From assembly GCA_014728175.1 (NCBI GenBank), contig WJMA01000054.1:71673-135672 (forward strand): 64,000 bases of DNA, in the 5' to 3' direction. Each line of letters begins with the position of its first letter. The stretch's first letter is position 1. The stretch is from Candidatus Fermentibacterota bacterium (GTDB lineage Bacteria; Fermentibacterota; Fermentibacteria; Fermentibacterales; JCC-6). Shown here one piece after another: positions 1-9,725 of this stretch. Both the position numbers and the translations under genes were made by a program. The notes beneath the pieces are model-generated. The model saw nothing but the letters and a program-made list of their open reading frames with translations. It made no database searches and was not told the DNA's origin.

Positions 1-723
1 ACGATGTCTTTCGATTCTTTGCCTGATTCTCTCCGCTACGATCAACGAGTCCTTCTTGGGGGTGTACGGAAGCATCACCACGAACTCCTCGCCGCCGTAC
101 CTCAGCGCTACGTCCGATGCTCGAATCGCTTCCTCGATGAGCTCGGCCAGGGCGACCAGCGCCCGGTTGCCGGCCAGGTGGCCGTGGGTGTCGTTGTACC
201 GCTTGAAATCGTCTATGTCTATCATCACCAGAGACAGCGAGTTGTCATGTCTGTCGTTGCGCTCTATCTCCCGGGGAAGGTGTTCCCTGAAGTACCTGTA
301 GTTGAACAGGCCGGTCAACTCGTCTCGATAAACCGAGGCCTGGGTCTCCTGGAATAATCTGAGCTCTATGATTTTGGGATTCTTGAGGGTTCTGTTTACG
401 TTGACGAAGTAGTGCACCAGAGCCACCCTGACGTCCACCACTCCGCCCAGAAGCTCCTGCAGGTCTCTTCTAACCTTGAGAACGTGGTCCCAATGCTTGC
501 GTGCCTCGTCGGGCTCCATACGCAGATGTGCCAGTACGTAGAGAAGCTCGGAGTAGACATCCTGCCCGAACGATTCCTCCAGAGACTCCAGAGCTTTCTG
601 TATGTCGTCCGCCGGAACCTTCAGCCTGGCCACTATCTCTGATACGCTTCGGGCCAAGTTGGGATCCCCCACCCTGAAGTCGGCCCCCTGATCCGAATTC
701 TTGGCAATGTAAGCAAGCGACAT
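1..723 (-). CDS. GGDEF-domain diguanylate cyclase with unassigned N-terminal sensor region; partial, C-terminus beyond window start
   Basis: Not in ORF track because it runs off the window. Minus-strand translation from ATG (revcomp of cat 721-723) reads MSLAYIAKNSDQG...LTGLFNYRYF...LVMIDIDDFKRYNDTHGH...RYGGEEFVVMLP, the canonical GGDEF active-site region. The plus ORF 4..357 is its antisense shadow. Confidence 0.8.
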   Translation of the reverse strand, partial: MSLAYIAKNSDQGADFRVGDPNLARSVSEIVARLKVPADDIQKALESLEESFGQDVYSELLYVLAHLRMEPDEARKHWDHVLKVRRDLQELLGGVVDVRVALVHYFVNVNRTLKNPKIIELRLFQETQASVYRDELTGLFNYRYFREHLPREIERNDRHDNSLSLVMIDIDDFKRYNDTHGHLAGNRALVALAELIEEAIRASDVALRYGGEEFVVMLPYTPKKDSLIVAERIRQRIERHR

Positions 724-900
724 CTGACAGACCTCTTCGATTGACGAGCTTGGTATAGCACAAGTTAATCGGCACGATATTCTTGCCATCGAAGCATCGT
801 CAAGTACTGGAACCACTCCGGAGGTCGGAGAAGGCGGAAAACCCCCGATATACAGGGCCGATCGGCCGATCATTAACTGCGCCAGTGTCCCCCCAGAAAC

Positions 901-1653
901 TCAGGGCTCGAACCGCCACCCCGCTCCTGTCCGACAACAGTCTTCCCCGAAAAGCTCCTCGAAGACCCTCCTGGCCTCATCGCCGGAGCAGTGCGAGGGG
1001 GCCACCTTTTTGACTCCCTGCTCCTGCAGGCGTTCGGCGGTGGCCCGTATCCTGGCCGGGGAAGCACCGCCGAGATGGAAGCCGCCCATGACCAGGAGTA
1101 TCTCTCCGCTGCCGCTGTCCAGGGCGTTCTGCACCATGTTCTCGACTCCCGGATGCGCGCAACCAGTGAGAACCAGGTCGCCGTCCGGGGTGGATACCAC
1201 CAGGGCCTGTTCCAGCAGGCCGGCCCTGACCGGTCCGGTGGTGCGAATTCCCGGCCGTACCTGCATGGCCGAATCGACTACCACGACGTTGTCGAACCGC
1301 AGCAGGACGTCCGGAAAATCTTCCAGCACATAGACTCTCGGGCGGGAACCGGCCTCGATCAGGGCGGACAGGCCTCCGATGTGATCGTGGTGCCGGTGGG
1401 AGAGGACCACGCACCCTATGCTGGCGGGATCCACCCCCAGCACCCCCAGGTTATGCAGCAAAACATCCCCGTTTCCGCCGGTGTCGAACAGAACGGTATC
1501 GGTCTCGGTGGTGAGCAGCGCACCGAAACCCCAAGAGGTGGTCATTAGCTGATCGTAGGCGTAGTTGTCGAAGACCACGGTTACCGTAACGTTTCCCGCC
1601 GTTCGTGTCCCAACCGCGGCGGCAATCGCCCAGACCGTAGAGATGAAGATCAT
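901..1653 (-). CDS. MBL-fold metallo-hydrolase, secreted (signal peptide)
   Basis: HRHHDHIGG (HxHxDH) metallo-beta-lactamase motif; N-terminal hydrophobic signal MIFISTVWAIAAAVG. The ATG overlaps the stop of the RND permease by 4 bp (1650-1653). Confidence 0.8.
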   Translation of the reverse strand: MIFISTVWAIAAAVGTRTAGNVTVTVVFDNYAYDQLMTTSWGFGALLTTETDTVLFDTGGNGDVLLHNLGVLGVDPASIGCVVLSHRHHDHIGGLSALIEAGSRPRVYVLEDFPDVLLRFDNVVVVDSAMQVRPGIRTTGPVRAGLLEQALVVSTPDGDLVLTGCAHPGVENMVQNALDSGSGEILLVMGGFHLGGASPARIRATAERLQEQGVKKVAPSHCSGDEARRVFEELFGEDCCRTGAGWRFEP

Positions 1654-4600
1654 CCGGTATCTTCATCCCCAACGGAGTTATCGTTGTGGCGCCGGCGGAA
1701 GGTTTTGTATCTGCCGAAGATCACGTATATGCAGGGCTCCACCAGCAGGGTGAGCATGGTGGCCACGAACAGCCCGCCGATTACGCTGATGGCCATGGGC
1801 GACCACGCCTCGGCTCCCTCGCCGATCTCCAGCGCCAGGGGGAACATGGCCAGTATGGTGGTGAAGGCCGTCATCAGTATTGGCCGCATCCTGATGGTCG
1901 AGGCCTCTACGATCGCCTCCTCCAACTCCCTGCCCCGGTGCCGCAGCTGGTTGGCATAGTCCACCATGACTATGCCGTTGTTCACCACGATCCCCGCCAG
2001 CATCAACACCCCCACCAGCGACATCACCGACAAGGTCGTTCCGGTCAGCAGAAGGGCCAGCACCACTCCGATGATGGCCAACGGTATGGTGAAGATTATG
2101 ATAAACGGCTCCAGGAACGACTCGAACTGCCCGGCCATAACCATGTACACCAACGCGGCGGCGACGGCTATGGCTATCCCCAGGTACATGAAGGTCTCCC
2201 GCTGGTCTTCCATCTCACCGCCTATCTCCACGCGGTAGCCAGCCGTTTCGACGGTGTCTAACACCGCGCTCACGTCGCCGGCCACCTCACCCAGAGACCG
2301 GCCGTACACATCGCAGGAGACCCGGGCCATTCTGGCTTGATTCTTGCGCCGGATCGTATTGGGAACCATCCTCTGTCTTAGGGTTCCGTAGGCACTTAGA
2401 GGGCGGCCCAGGACGGTCGCACTCTCAGCGTCTTCCCGGCTGTCCCGCGTCCTTTCGGGATAGCGGACGAACACATCGTACTCCTCGTCGCCTTCCCTGA
2501 AGATGGTAGCGTTGGTCCCCATCAGCCCGTAGGAAAGGTCCCGGGCCAGGCGCGACGGGCTGGTGCCGTAAAGGGCCAGCCGCGCCGGGCTGGGGTCGAA
2601 GGAGTACTCGGGAACCTGCTCCTCCACCGAGCTCTGGACATCCACCGCGCCGTCTATCGACTGCATCCTGGACTTTATTCGATCCGCCACCTCGGAGAGC
2701 ACCTCCAAGTCGTCGCCGTAGATCTCCACCTCTATGGGCGACCCGGTCATCATGGTGCCTCCGGCGGTGCTCTCGTACTCGATACCGGGCATGCGGTCCA
2801 GCACCCTTCTTATCTCGTCCTCGTAGTCGAAGATACTGGTGGAGCGCTGCCCAGCCGGGGTGAATCGGACGTTAGTCTCCGCCTCGTTGGTGCCGCTGCT
2901 GCCGAAGATGGCCATGACACCCTCACCCTGGCCCACCGAGGAGAAGATGGCCAGAAGGTCCTCCTCCGGGACGATGGCCCGAATGGAGTCCTCCAGCGCG
3001 GCCACAGTGGCGTTGGTGGTCTCCAGGTCGGTGCCCACCGGCTCCTCCAGCGATATGGAGAGGAAGGCGTCATCGGTCTCGGGAAAAAAATCCGTGGGAA
3101 GCATGGTGGCCACCAGTATCGACAGGGCGAAGGCCCCGGCGACACCACCGATGACGATCTTCTTGTGCCTGACCGCCCAGTACACCACTTCGTTGTAGCG
3201 GTCCTGCAGACCGGAGATCAGCCAGGAGATCCTGCCCGCCAGTCCCCGCTCTTGCTCGGGAACCAGCCTGCGTACCCAGGAGGAGATCAGGGGGACCAGG
3301 CTCAGAGCCACGAAGAGTGAGACCGACAGGCTGAAGGTGATGGTCAAAACCATCTCTCTGAAGAGCTGGCCGGCCAGGCCCGGGACGAAGAGTATGGGCA
3401 GGAAGACGGCCAGCGTGGTCATGGTGGAGGCGGTGATGGCCATGGAGACCTCCGAGGCGCCGTCCACTGCGGCCTTCCAGATGCTCTTCCCCATCTCCCG
3501 GTGGCGGAAGATGTTCTCCAGAACCACCACAGAGTTGTCCACCAGCAGCCCTATCGCCAGTGCCAGGCCGGCCAGGGATATGACGTTTATCTGGACCTCG
3601 GCCAGGTGCATGACGAAGAAGGTTACGAAGACGGATATGGGAATGGCCACGCCTGCCACCGAGGCTCCCCGCCATGACCGCAGGAAGAACAGCAGCACCA
3701 GGAAGGCGAAGATCACCGCCTGTAGGGCGGTATTGCCCAGGTTGCCGATGGACTGGTTGATGAACTTCGCCTGCTCGAACATCACCTGCAGCTCCAGCTG
3801 GCCCTCGTACTCCGACTCGATCTCGTCCAGGACCTCGTGAACCCTCTCGGTGACGTTTACAGTGTTGGCGTCCGAGCGTTTGTTGATGTAGCTCATCACC
3901 GCCGACCGGCCGCCGAAGCGTACGTACTGCAGCTTCTCCTCCCGGCCGTCCTCCACATCGGCCACGTGGCGCAACTCAACCGGACCGGACTCCGTGTAGC
4001 CCACCACTAGCTGTTCGATCTCCGCCACGGTCTCGAAGGCCGATTCCACGCGGAGGTTGATCCGCATGCCCCCTGCGTCGATGTAGCCGGCGGGGGTGTT
4101 GTTGCGCACCGACTGCAGGGCCCCCACCACCTGACTCAAGCTCAGACCGACCTCGGCCAGCCTGGAGGGGAACGGCGTTACGTTGATCTGCCGACGCAGG
4201 CCACCCAGGGTGGACACCGAGCCCACGCCCTCCACCCTGCTCAACCGGGCCTCTATCTCATCCTCCACCAGCCTGCGCAGCTCGAAGTCGGTGAGGGTTT
4301 CGCTGGTGAATCCCAGAAAGATTACCGGCTGCAGGCTGGGGTCCAAGGCCAGCACGGTGGGCTCTGCCGCGTCCTCGGGAAGAAAGCCCTCGTACATGTC
4401 CATCTGCCGGCGGACGTCGGTCTCGGCCTGGTTCAGATCGTGGCCCCAGTCGAACTCCGCCATCACCAGGCTCAGCCCGGGCATGGACCGGGAGGTGACG
4501 TTCTTCACGTTGGACACCCGGGACACCGCCTGCTCCAGGAGGTCGGTGACCAGCTCCTCCATCTCTTCGGGACCCGCCCCCTCCAGGCTGGAGACCACCA

Positions 4601-4736
4601 TGATCATGGGGAAGTCCATGTCGGGGAACATGTCCACGCCCAGCTGGGTGAGGCCGAACACGCCCGCCCCCAGAATTCCGATGAAGAGCATGAGGAAGGC
4701 TATGCGCCTGCGAACGGATACGGCGGGAAGGCCCAT
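1650..4736 (-). CDS. RND efflux transporter permease (AcrB/HAE1 family)
   Basis: 1028 aa; 12-TM architecture with two large periplasmic loops; typical AcrB-like blocks (…VDNSVVVLENIFRH…, …AGIVVNNGIVMVDY…). Confidence 0.95.
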   Translation of the reverse strand: MGLPAVSVRRRIAFLMLFIGILGAGVFGLTQLGVDMFPDMDFPMIMVVSSLEGAGPEEMEELVTDLLEQAVSRVSNVKNVTSRSMPGLSLVMAEFDWGHDLNQAETDVRRQMDMYEGFLPEDAAEPTVLALDPSLQPVIFLGFTSETLTDFELRRLVEDEIEARLSRVEGVGSVSTLGGLRRQINVTPFPSRLAEVGLSLSQVVGALQSVRNNTPAGYIDAGGMRINLRVESAFETVAEIEQLVVGYTESGPVELRHVADVEDGREEKLQYVRFGGRSAVMSYINKRSDANTVNVTERVHEVLDEIESEYEGQLELQVMFEQAKFINQSIGNLGNTALQAVIFAFLVLLFFLRSWRGASVAGVAIPISVFVTFFVMHLAEVQINVISLAGLALAIGLLVDNSVVVLENIFRHREMGKSIWKAAVDGASEVSMAITASTMTTLAVFLPILFVPGLAGQLFREMVLTITFSLSVSLFVALSLVPLISSWVRRLVPEQERGLAGRISWLISGLQDRYNEVVYWAVRHKKIVIGGVAGAFALSILVATMLPTDFFPETDDAFLSISLEEPVGTDLETTNATVAALEDSIRAIVPEEDLLAIFSSVGQGEGVMAIFGSSGTNEAETNVRFTPAGQRSTSIFDYEDEIRRVLDRMPGIEYESTAGGTMMTGSPIEVEIYGDDLEVLSEVADRIKSRMQSIDGAVDVQSSVEEQVPEYSFDPSPARLALYGTSPSRLARDLSYGLMGTNATIFREGDEEYDVFVRYPERTRDSREDAESATVLGRPLSAYGTLRQRMVPNTIRRKNQARMARVSCDVYGRSLGEVAGDVSAVLDTVETAGYRVEIGGEMEDQRETFMYLGIAIAVAAALVYMVMAGQFESFLEPFIIIFTIPLAIIGVVLALLLTGTTLSVMSLVGVLMLAGIVVNNGIVMVDYANQLRHRGRELEEAIVEASTIRMRPILMTAFTTILAMFPLALEIGEGAEAWSPMAISVIGGLFVATMLTLLVEPCIYVIFGRYKTFRRRHNDNSVGDEDTG

Positions 4737-5830
4737 CAGCGAACCACCCTGACCTCGTCACCGTCGGAAAGAGTGTTCTGACCCCGTACTACCAGGGAAT
4801 CACCGGGTTGTAGTCCAGAGGTTATCTGTACGCGGCCGTCGTTGCTGATTCCGGTCTCCACGTCCCGGACGGAGGCAGTTCCGCCCTCCACTACAACCAC
4901 CTGGAAGCCCATTCGGGTCCGCTTTAGCATGCTCTCCTTCACGGCTACGGCATCGTCAAAGGTCCGGAGTTGTACCCCTACCCGTCCGGAGGTGCCGGGG
5001 CGAAGCTTTCCCCCGGCGGTCTCGAAACGCACCCGCGTCGGAACCAGGCCGCTCTGCGCGTCCACGGCCGACGATACCGCGGTAACCACTCCCGGGAACG
5101 CCTCCCCGTCCAGGGCCGGTACCTCTATGAAGGCCGGCTGCCCCGGCTCCAGGTCGTACACCGTTTCCTCGGGAAGCAGCACTCGAGCGGTGAAGAAACT
5201 GTCGCTAGCCACCGAAACCACAGGTATTCCGCTTATCATCTGGCCCTCCGTGGCCCACACCCTGACCACGGTCCCATCGAAGGGCGCGGCGATCCAGGAG
5301 GTGCTCACGGCGGTACGGGCCTGCTCCAGGCCGGCACGGGCCTGGTCGTACTGCGCCTGGGCCGCCTCCAAGCCGGCACGGGCCCGCTCCAGCTGCTGGC
5401 TGCTCACGGCCCCCGCCCGATGGAGGGACTCCATCCGCTCCACATCCCTGCGGGCGTTGTCCAGGTTGACCCGGGCCGCCTCCAGCGAGGCCCGGGCCCC
5501 GCTCAGGGTGGCCGCCATCTGCTCATCGGTGTCCATTCGGACCAGCCGCTGGCCCTTCTCCACCTGGTCGCCCTCGGAAACCAGGACCTCCATCACCTTG
5601 CCGGGAGTTCCCGGGTAGATCATGGCCTCACCTGAACCCTCCAGCCGGGCGTTGGCGTATGCGATGCTAGATATGCTGGTTGGCTCCACCACCTCCACGG
5701 CCACCGCCGGGGGCGGTTCTTCCTCCCTCGATCCCCCTCCGGGGCCGCACGAAAGGGTCAGCAGCGCCGCCGTAAATGCCAGAGCCGTTACGGCGCAGCG
5801 AAGGCTTGCTTTCCCAGGATGTCCGCTCAT
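4736..5830 (-). CDS. RND efflux periplasmic adaptor (membrane fusion protein, HlyD family), lipoprotein
   Basis: Coiled-coil repeats (LEAARVNLDNARRDVERMESL…QAQYDQARAGLEQAR) and a beta-barrel C-terminus. True start taken at M132 of the track ORF (MSGHPGKASLRCAVTALAFTAALLTLSCG, lipobox), which gives an ATGA overlap with the upstream OMP gene. The 131-codon Gly/Arg-rich N-terminal extension in the track is rejected. Confidence 0.85.
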   Translation of the reverse strand: MSGHPGKASLRCAVTALAFTAALLTLSCGPGGGSREEEPPPAVAVEVVEPTSISSIAYANARLEGSGEAMIYPGTPGKVMEVLVSEGDQVEKGQRLVRMDTDEQMAATLSGARASLEAARVNLDNARRDVERMESLHRAGAVSSQQLERARAGLEAAQAQYDQARAGLEQARTAVSTSWIAAPFDGTVVRVWATEGQMISGIPVVSVASDSFFTARVLLPEETVYDLEPGQPAFIEVPALDGEAFPGVVTAVSSAVDAQSGLVPTRVRFETAGGKLRPGTSGRVGVQLRTFDDAVAVKESMLKRTRMGFQVVVVEGGTASVRDVETGISNDGRVQITSGLQPGDSLVVRGQNTLSDGDEVRVVR

Positions 5831-7131
5831 CGTCCGGCTCCCTTCATGGTCCCCATGGTTCGGGTGAGGTCGGTCTCGGCGCTTCTGAGCTCGAACAGAG
5901 ACTGGGCGTGGTTGCTCCGGGCGGAGGTCAGCGCCAGGAAGGCCTGGTCCATCTCCAGCCTGGTTATCATTCCCGCCTCGTAGCTCACCCGGGCTATTTC
6001 CGCTCCCTCCTCGGCCTCGACCACGGTAGCGCACGTGGACTCCACCCGCTCCCGGGCCTCCTCCAGACTGTTCCAGGCCTGCACCAGGGACAGCCCCGAA
6101 GACTGCTTTAGCGCCCTGGCCTCCGAGTAGGACGCCAGCTGCTCCGATCGGGCCGCATTGTAGCCCGAGATGTCCGACAACCCATCGAAGATTGGAATCT
6201 GCAGGGATATGGACGTGCTCCAACTTCGGTCGTAGTCGTCGGTCGAGAACTCGTAGTCATCCCGCATGGCCTGGTAGTAGTAATCGGTCTGGAACACCAG
6301 GCTGGGTAGGAACTCCGAGCGGGCCATGTCCACTCCCGCCTCTGCGCTCAGCCTCATGGCGTCGGCCATCGCCAGCTCTGGGCTGTGGGTCTCCATCAGC
6401 CGTCTGGCTTCGGAGAGCGAGGTCGGTATGGAGGCGTGAATGGGAGCCTCCAGAAAGCCCTCCAACTCTACCTCCACGGTGTCGTCCAACCCCATCGCCA
6501 CCGCCAGACCCCGACGCGCGGTCTCCAGTGCGCTTCGGGCCGAGATCGCCTCCGGTTTTCGGTTCTGCCAGGCCACGTGGCTCTGTAGCAGCTCGAAGCG
6601 GGATATGGTTCCGGCGTCGTATCTGGCCTGGGCCAACTCGTAGCCTTCCCTGGCTATCTCCAGCGCCTCCTCGGCCACCTCCACCATGCGCTGGGAAAGC
6701 AGCACCCCGTAGAACGCCTTGATCACCTGGGACACCGCGTCCAACTCGGTCGACATAAGTCGGGCCTCTGCCAGGTCGCTGGAGCGTCCGTACAGTCTCG
6801 CCCCGGCCGGCCCCTGGGGTACGTACAGCGGAACCTGGACCGTTATCCCGGCCATGGAGGTGTATTCCGAGCCCATGGGCAGGCTACCCATTCCCGGGAC
6901 CTCTATCTCCCGAATGTCATGGTCCCTCTGAAAGCTGATCTGTCCCGTTACGGAGGGAAGAAACCAGTAGGTGGCGCCGCGGCTCTGCCACTGGGCGGCC
7001 CTGTGCTCGCTCCGGGCCGCCTGGACGTCTCCCCTGATCTCCAGGGCGGTGGAGACGGCCTCGTCGAGAGTCACCGCATAGGTCACGCCCACGGCGAGGA
7101 GCATGATGGGTGTCAGCACCAGCTTCATCAC
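5827..7131 (-). CDS. TolC-family outer-membrane efflux protein
   Basis: 434 aa, signal peptide MMKLVLTPIMLLAVGVTYA, two-repeat OEP architecture; contiguous with MFP and RND genes. Confidence 0.85.
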   Translation of the reverse strand: MMKLVLTPIMLLAVGVTYAVTLDEAVSTALEIRGDVQAARSEHRAAQWQSRGATYWFLPSVTGQISFQRDHDIREIEVPGMGSLPMGSEYTSMAGITVQVPLYVPQGPAGARLYGRSSDLAEARLMSTELDAVSQVIKAFYGVLLSQRMVEVAEEALEIAREGYELAQARYDAGTISRFELLQSHVAWQNRKPEAISARSALETARRGLAVAMGLDDTVEVELEGFLEAPIHASIPTSLSEARRLMETHSPELAMADAMRLSAEAGVDMARSEFLPSLVFQTDYYYQAMRDDYEFSTDDYDRSWSTSISLQIPIFDGLSDISGYNAARSEQLASYSEARALKQSSGLSLVQAWNSLEEARERVESTCATVVEAEEGAEIARVSYEAGMITRLEMDQAFLALTSARSNHAQSLFELRSAETDLTRTMGTMKGAGR

Positions 7132-7724
7132 TCAACCTCCCCGCTGTTGCGCGGTGCGATGCCCTCGTATATAAGGTCAACTACCGCATCGGGATCCGGC
7201 AATGCGGGCTCATCTATTCCCTTGAGTATCCTCACCATGTATCCCACTCCCGTGGTGTTGATCATCATCATGGTCAGCGTGTACGGAACGTCGGCCCTTA
7301 TCTCCCCGGACTCCACTGCCGCATCGAACACCGGACGTATCATCTCCGCGTACTTGCCGAACTCGTCCTGCAGCTTCTTGATAAGCCTTCCTATGTTCGG
7401 GTCGTGCATCATGGACATCATCGCCCGGGAAAGCCCCGGGTTCTCCCTGGCGAACCGTACCCTTTCGTTCATCATATCGTACAGACACTCTCTCAGGCTT
7501 CGGCCGGGCCTGAATATCTTCTCCACGTATCCCCTGATGATCCTCAATAGATGTTGCGCCAAGCCCTTGTAGAATCCCTCCTTGTTTTCGAAGTAGTAGT
7601 AGATCATGGGCTTGGTCAGTCCCGACCTTTGGGCCACCTCGTCCATGGTTATCTCGGAGAAAGTCTTCTCGGCGAGAAGGTTGGTTCCCGCCTCCAGGAG
7701 CTTCTCTTTGTTCGATTCAGTCAT
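7128..7724 (-). CDS. TetR/AcrR-family transcriptional regulator of the efflux operon
   Basis: N-terminal HTH FSEITMDEVAQRSGLTKPMIYYYFENKEGFY; 4-bp overlap with the tolC-like gene; GGGGGAG RBS 5 nt upstream of the ATG. Confidence 0.85.
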   Translation of the reverse strand: MTESNKEKLLEAGTNLLAEKTFSEITMDEVAQRSGLTKPMIYYYFENKEGFYKGLAQHLLRIIRGYVEKIFRPGRSLRECLYDMMNERVRFARENPGLSRAMMSMMHDPNIGRLIKKLQDEFGKYAEMIRPVFDAAVESGEIRADVPYTLTMMMINTTGVGYMVRILKGIDEPALPDPDAVVDLIYEGIAPRNSGEVE

Positions 7725-7744
7725 CCGCTCCCCCAGCAGTATAC

Positions 7745-7758
7745 TTACCAGTTAGTAA
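7745..7758. promoter_or_regulatory. Imperfect inverted repeat TTACCAGTTAGTAA immediately upstream of the tetR-like gene; candidate autoregulatory operator
   Basis: TTAC…GTAA arms about 20 nt upstream of the TetR start codon within a 134-bp intergenic region. The palindrome is imperfect. Confidence 0.25.
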
Positions 7759-7858
7759 CCTACCGACCGGCAATTAACATACCTGTCGAGTAGAGGTCGT
7801 CAACCCTAAACAGATAACTGATTGTAGATTAAATAATTACGCTGATCCGTGGTGGGCT

Positions 7859-8608
7859 CTATTCTTCCTCGCCGTGGACCATGGGCACGAAACGAACCGG
7901 CATGTCCTCCGTCACCCGTACGCTGTCGGCTTCCTTCTCCAGGATGACCAGCCTCTGGAGCCTGTCGCCCAGGGGGAGAATCATCCTGCCTCCGTCGGCC
8001 AGTTGTTCCACCAGAGCCCGGGGGATCTCCTCCGGCGCGCAGGTGACTATCACCGCGTCGAACGGGCTGTGCTCGGGCCAGCCCAGGTATCCGTCTCCGG
8101 TCAGCACGTGGACGTTCTCGTATCCCTGGCTCTCCAGCACGGAGTCCGCGTGCTCGGCCAGCTCGGGGATGATCTCGATGGTGTAGACCTCCGCTCCCAG
8201 CTCGGCAAGAATGGCCGCCTGATAGCCGGATCCGGTACCGATCTCCAGTACCTTCTTCCCCGGGGCGGGATCAATCTGCTCTGTCATGTAGGCGACGATG
8301 TACGGTTGGGATATGGTCTGGCCGTGTCCGATCGGGCAGGCGTGGTCCCCGTAGGGGTCCCTCAGCCAGCGGTACTCCTCGGGGATGTATAGATGTCTGG
8401 GTACCTCGGCCATAGCCCCCAGCACGTCCTCATCGGCTATGCCGTACCTGCGCAGCAAATTGACCATCCCGCGCCGACTCTCCTCCAGATTCGCGGAAGC
8501 CGCGCAGGACCAGGCGAGAAGAGCCAGAGCGGCCGCCACTAATACGATTCTTTTCCCTCCCATTGCCGGGATCGCTCCCACTTTCTGTCCGCTCACAGCC
8601 TGTCGCAT
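7859..8608 (-). CDS. pcm: protein-L-isoaspartate O-methyltransferase, secreted/periplasmic form
   Basis: GHGQTISQPYIVAYMTE and VLEIGTGSGYQAAILAELG SAM-binding motifs; N-terminal signal peptide. Confidence 0.85.
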   Translation of the reverse strand: MRQAVSGQKVGAIPAMGGKRIVLVAAALALLAWSCAASANLEESRRGMVNLLRRYGIADEDVLGAMAEVPRHLYIPEEYRWLRDPYGDHACPIGHGQTISQPYIVAYMTEQIDPAPGKKVLEIGTGSGYQAAILAELGAEVYTIEIIPELAEHADSVLESQGYENVHVLTGDGYLGWPEHSPFDAVIVTCAPEEIPRALVEQLADGGRMILPLGDRLQRLVILEKEADSVRVTEDMPVRFVPMVHGEEE

Positions 8609-9552
8609 ACGCCTCTCAACACCTCCACAGCCTTCCTTTCGGCATCGTAAGCCTCGGTCAGCGCCCGTACCGCACGCCGCCTTCCTCCATCGTCGACCTC
8701 CGGATTCTCGTCGGGCCCGTGGAAGGGGTATACCTCCCCTACCTCCAGAAGCGAGCTCTGAACCCTGGAGTACAGTTTCGAGACCCTTTCCAAATCCGTC
8801 GATAGGCCGCTGCCCAAACGGTCGGCGGCCATTTCAGTGAACTTCGCGGCGAAGTAGCGGCACTCCGACCATACCTCCGTGTTGTATGCCACCCCCCAAG
8901 GCAGCTCGTTGGCATCCTCTATCGACTCTCGCCAAGCCTCGAAGGCCCGGGGTCCGGAGTTGTAGCCCTCGAACGTGAGACCGTCTGCATCGTCTGCGTG
9001 CCTCAGGGCAGCTTGCAGAGCCTGCTTCACGGTTGCCTCGTCTGATGCGGGCTGGCATGGCTCGCAGCAGTACACCTCCAGCACGCCTATCTCCGAGTCA
9101 CCCAGCTTTTTCCAGGGCTTGGGATCCTTCCCCCCGTCGCACATGGGCCCGGAGAAGAAGTATCCTTCCTCGTCGTATCCGTAAATCACATAGAACTCGG
9201 GTATATCCAGCTCCCAGCCGAAGCAGGGCCTTCCATCGTCAATCGCTCCCCGAACCATCTGCCAGGCCTGTTTCCTCAAGCCCCGGGGATCATCCTTGCC
9301 CACCTCGCCGAACAGGTTGGTCTGCCTTATTCCCACGTTGGGGGACAATTCCAAGATCATGCGGGTGTCCCATGCGGTCGGCCCGCTCGGACAGAGCCGG
9401 TCGTGAACGTTTATCACGAAGGCATGGCCGGTGGCACCGAACAACCACGCCACGGGAACCTCCGAGCCCATGAACTCCGCGCACCCCTGGAGACATCCGA
9501 TATGGGTCGTCCAGAGTGGGTGCCATCCCAAACCTTCCAGCATCTTGGACAT
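8593..9552 (-). CDS. hypothetical Cys-rich protein (possible BtrH-N/peptidase-like fold)
   Basis: Start placed at M32 (MSKMLEGL) preceded by a GGGGGGAG RBS; no confident motif. Confidence 0.5.
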   Translation of the reverse strand: MSKMLEGLGWHPLWTTHIGCLQGCAEFMGSEVPVAWLFGATGHAFVINVHDRLCPSGPTAWDTRMILELSPNVGIRQTNLFGEVGKDDPRGLRKQAWQMVRGAIDDGRPCFGWELDIPEFYVIYGYDEEGYFFSGPMCDGGKDPKPWKKLGDSEIGVLEVYCCEPCQPASDEATVKQALQAALRHADDADGLTFEGYNSGPRAFEAWRESIEDANELPWGVAYNTEVWSECRYFAAKFTEMAADRLGSGLSTDLERVSKLYSRVQSSLLEVGEVYPFHGPDENPEVDDGGRRRAVRALTEAYDAERKAVEVLRGVCDRL

Positions 9553-9725
9553 CGCTTTCTCCCCCCGAGGTCGTTGGCGGTCGCCCGGCGGATAATGAAC
9601 CGGAAGACTTCGCTCATGTACCGAAGATAGACCGGCTAGGTCCACCGGGAAACCCTTCGCCGTCGAGAGGGTCGGCCTTGCCCGATCGGCCGGACTGGGA
9701 ATATGCTACGATTCCCGGAGGATGG

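Noticed and set aside
4-357. 117-aa plus-strand ORF at the window start
   Set aside because: It is the antisense of the GGDEF-domain gene; the minus-strand frame carries the diagnostic RYGGEEF motif, whereas the plus-strand translation has no recognisable features.
5831-6223. 131-codon Gly/Arg-rich N-terminal extension of the adaptor (MFP) ORF
   Set aside because: An internal Met gives a lipoprotein signal peptide and an ATGA overlap with the upstream OMP gene; the extension lies inside the tolC-like coding region in another frame.
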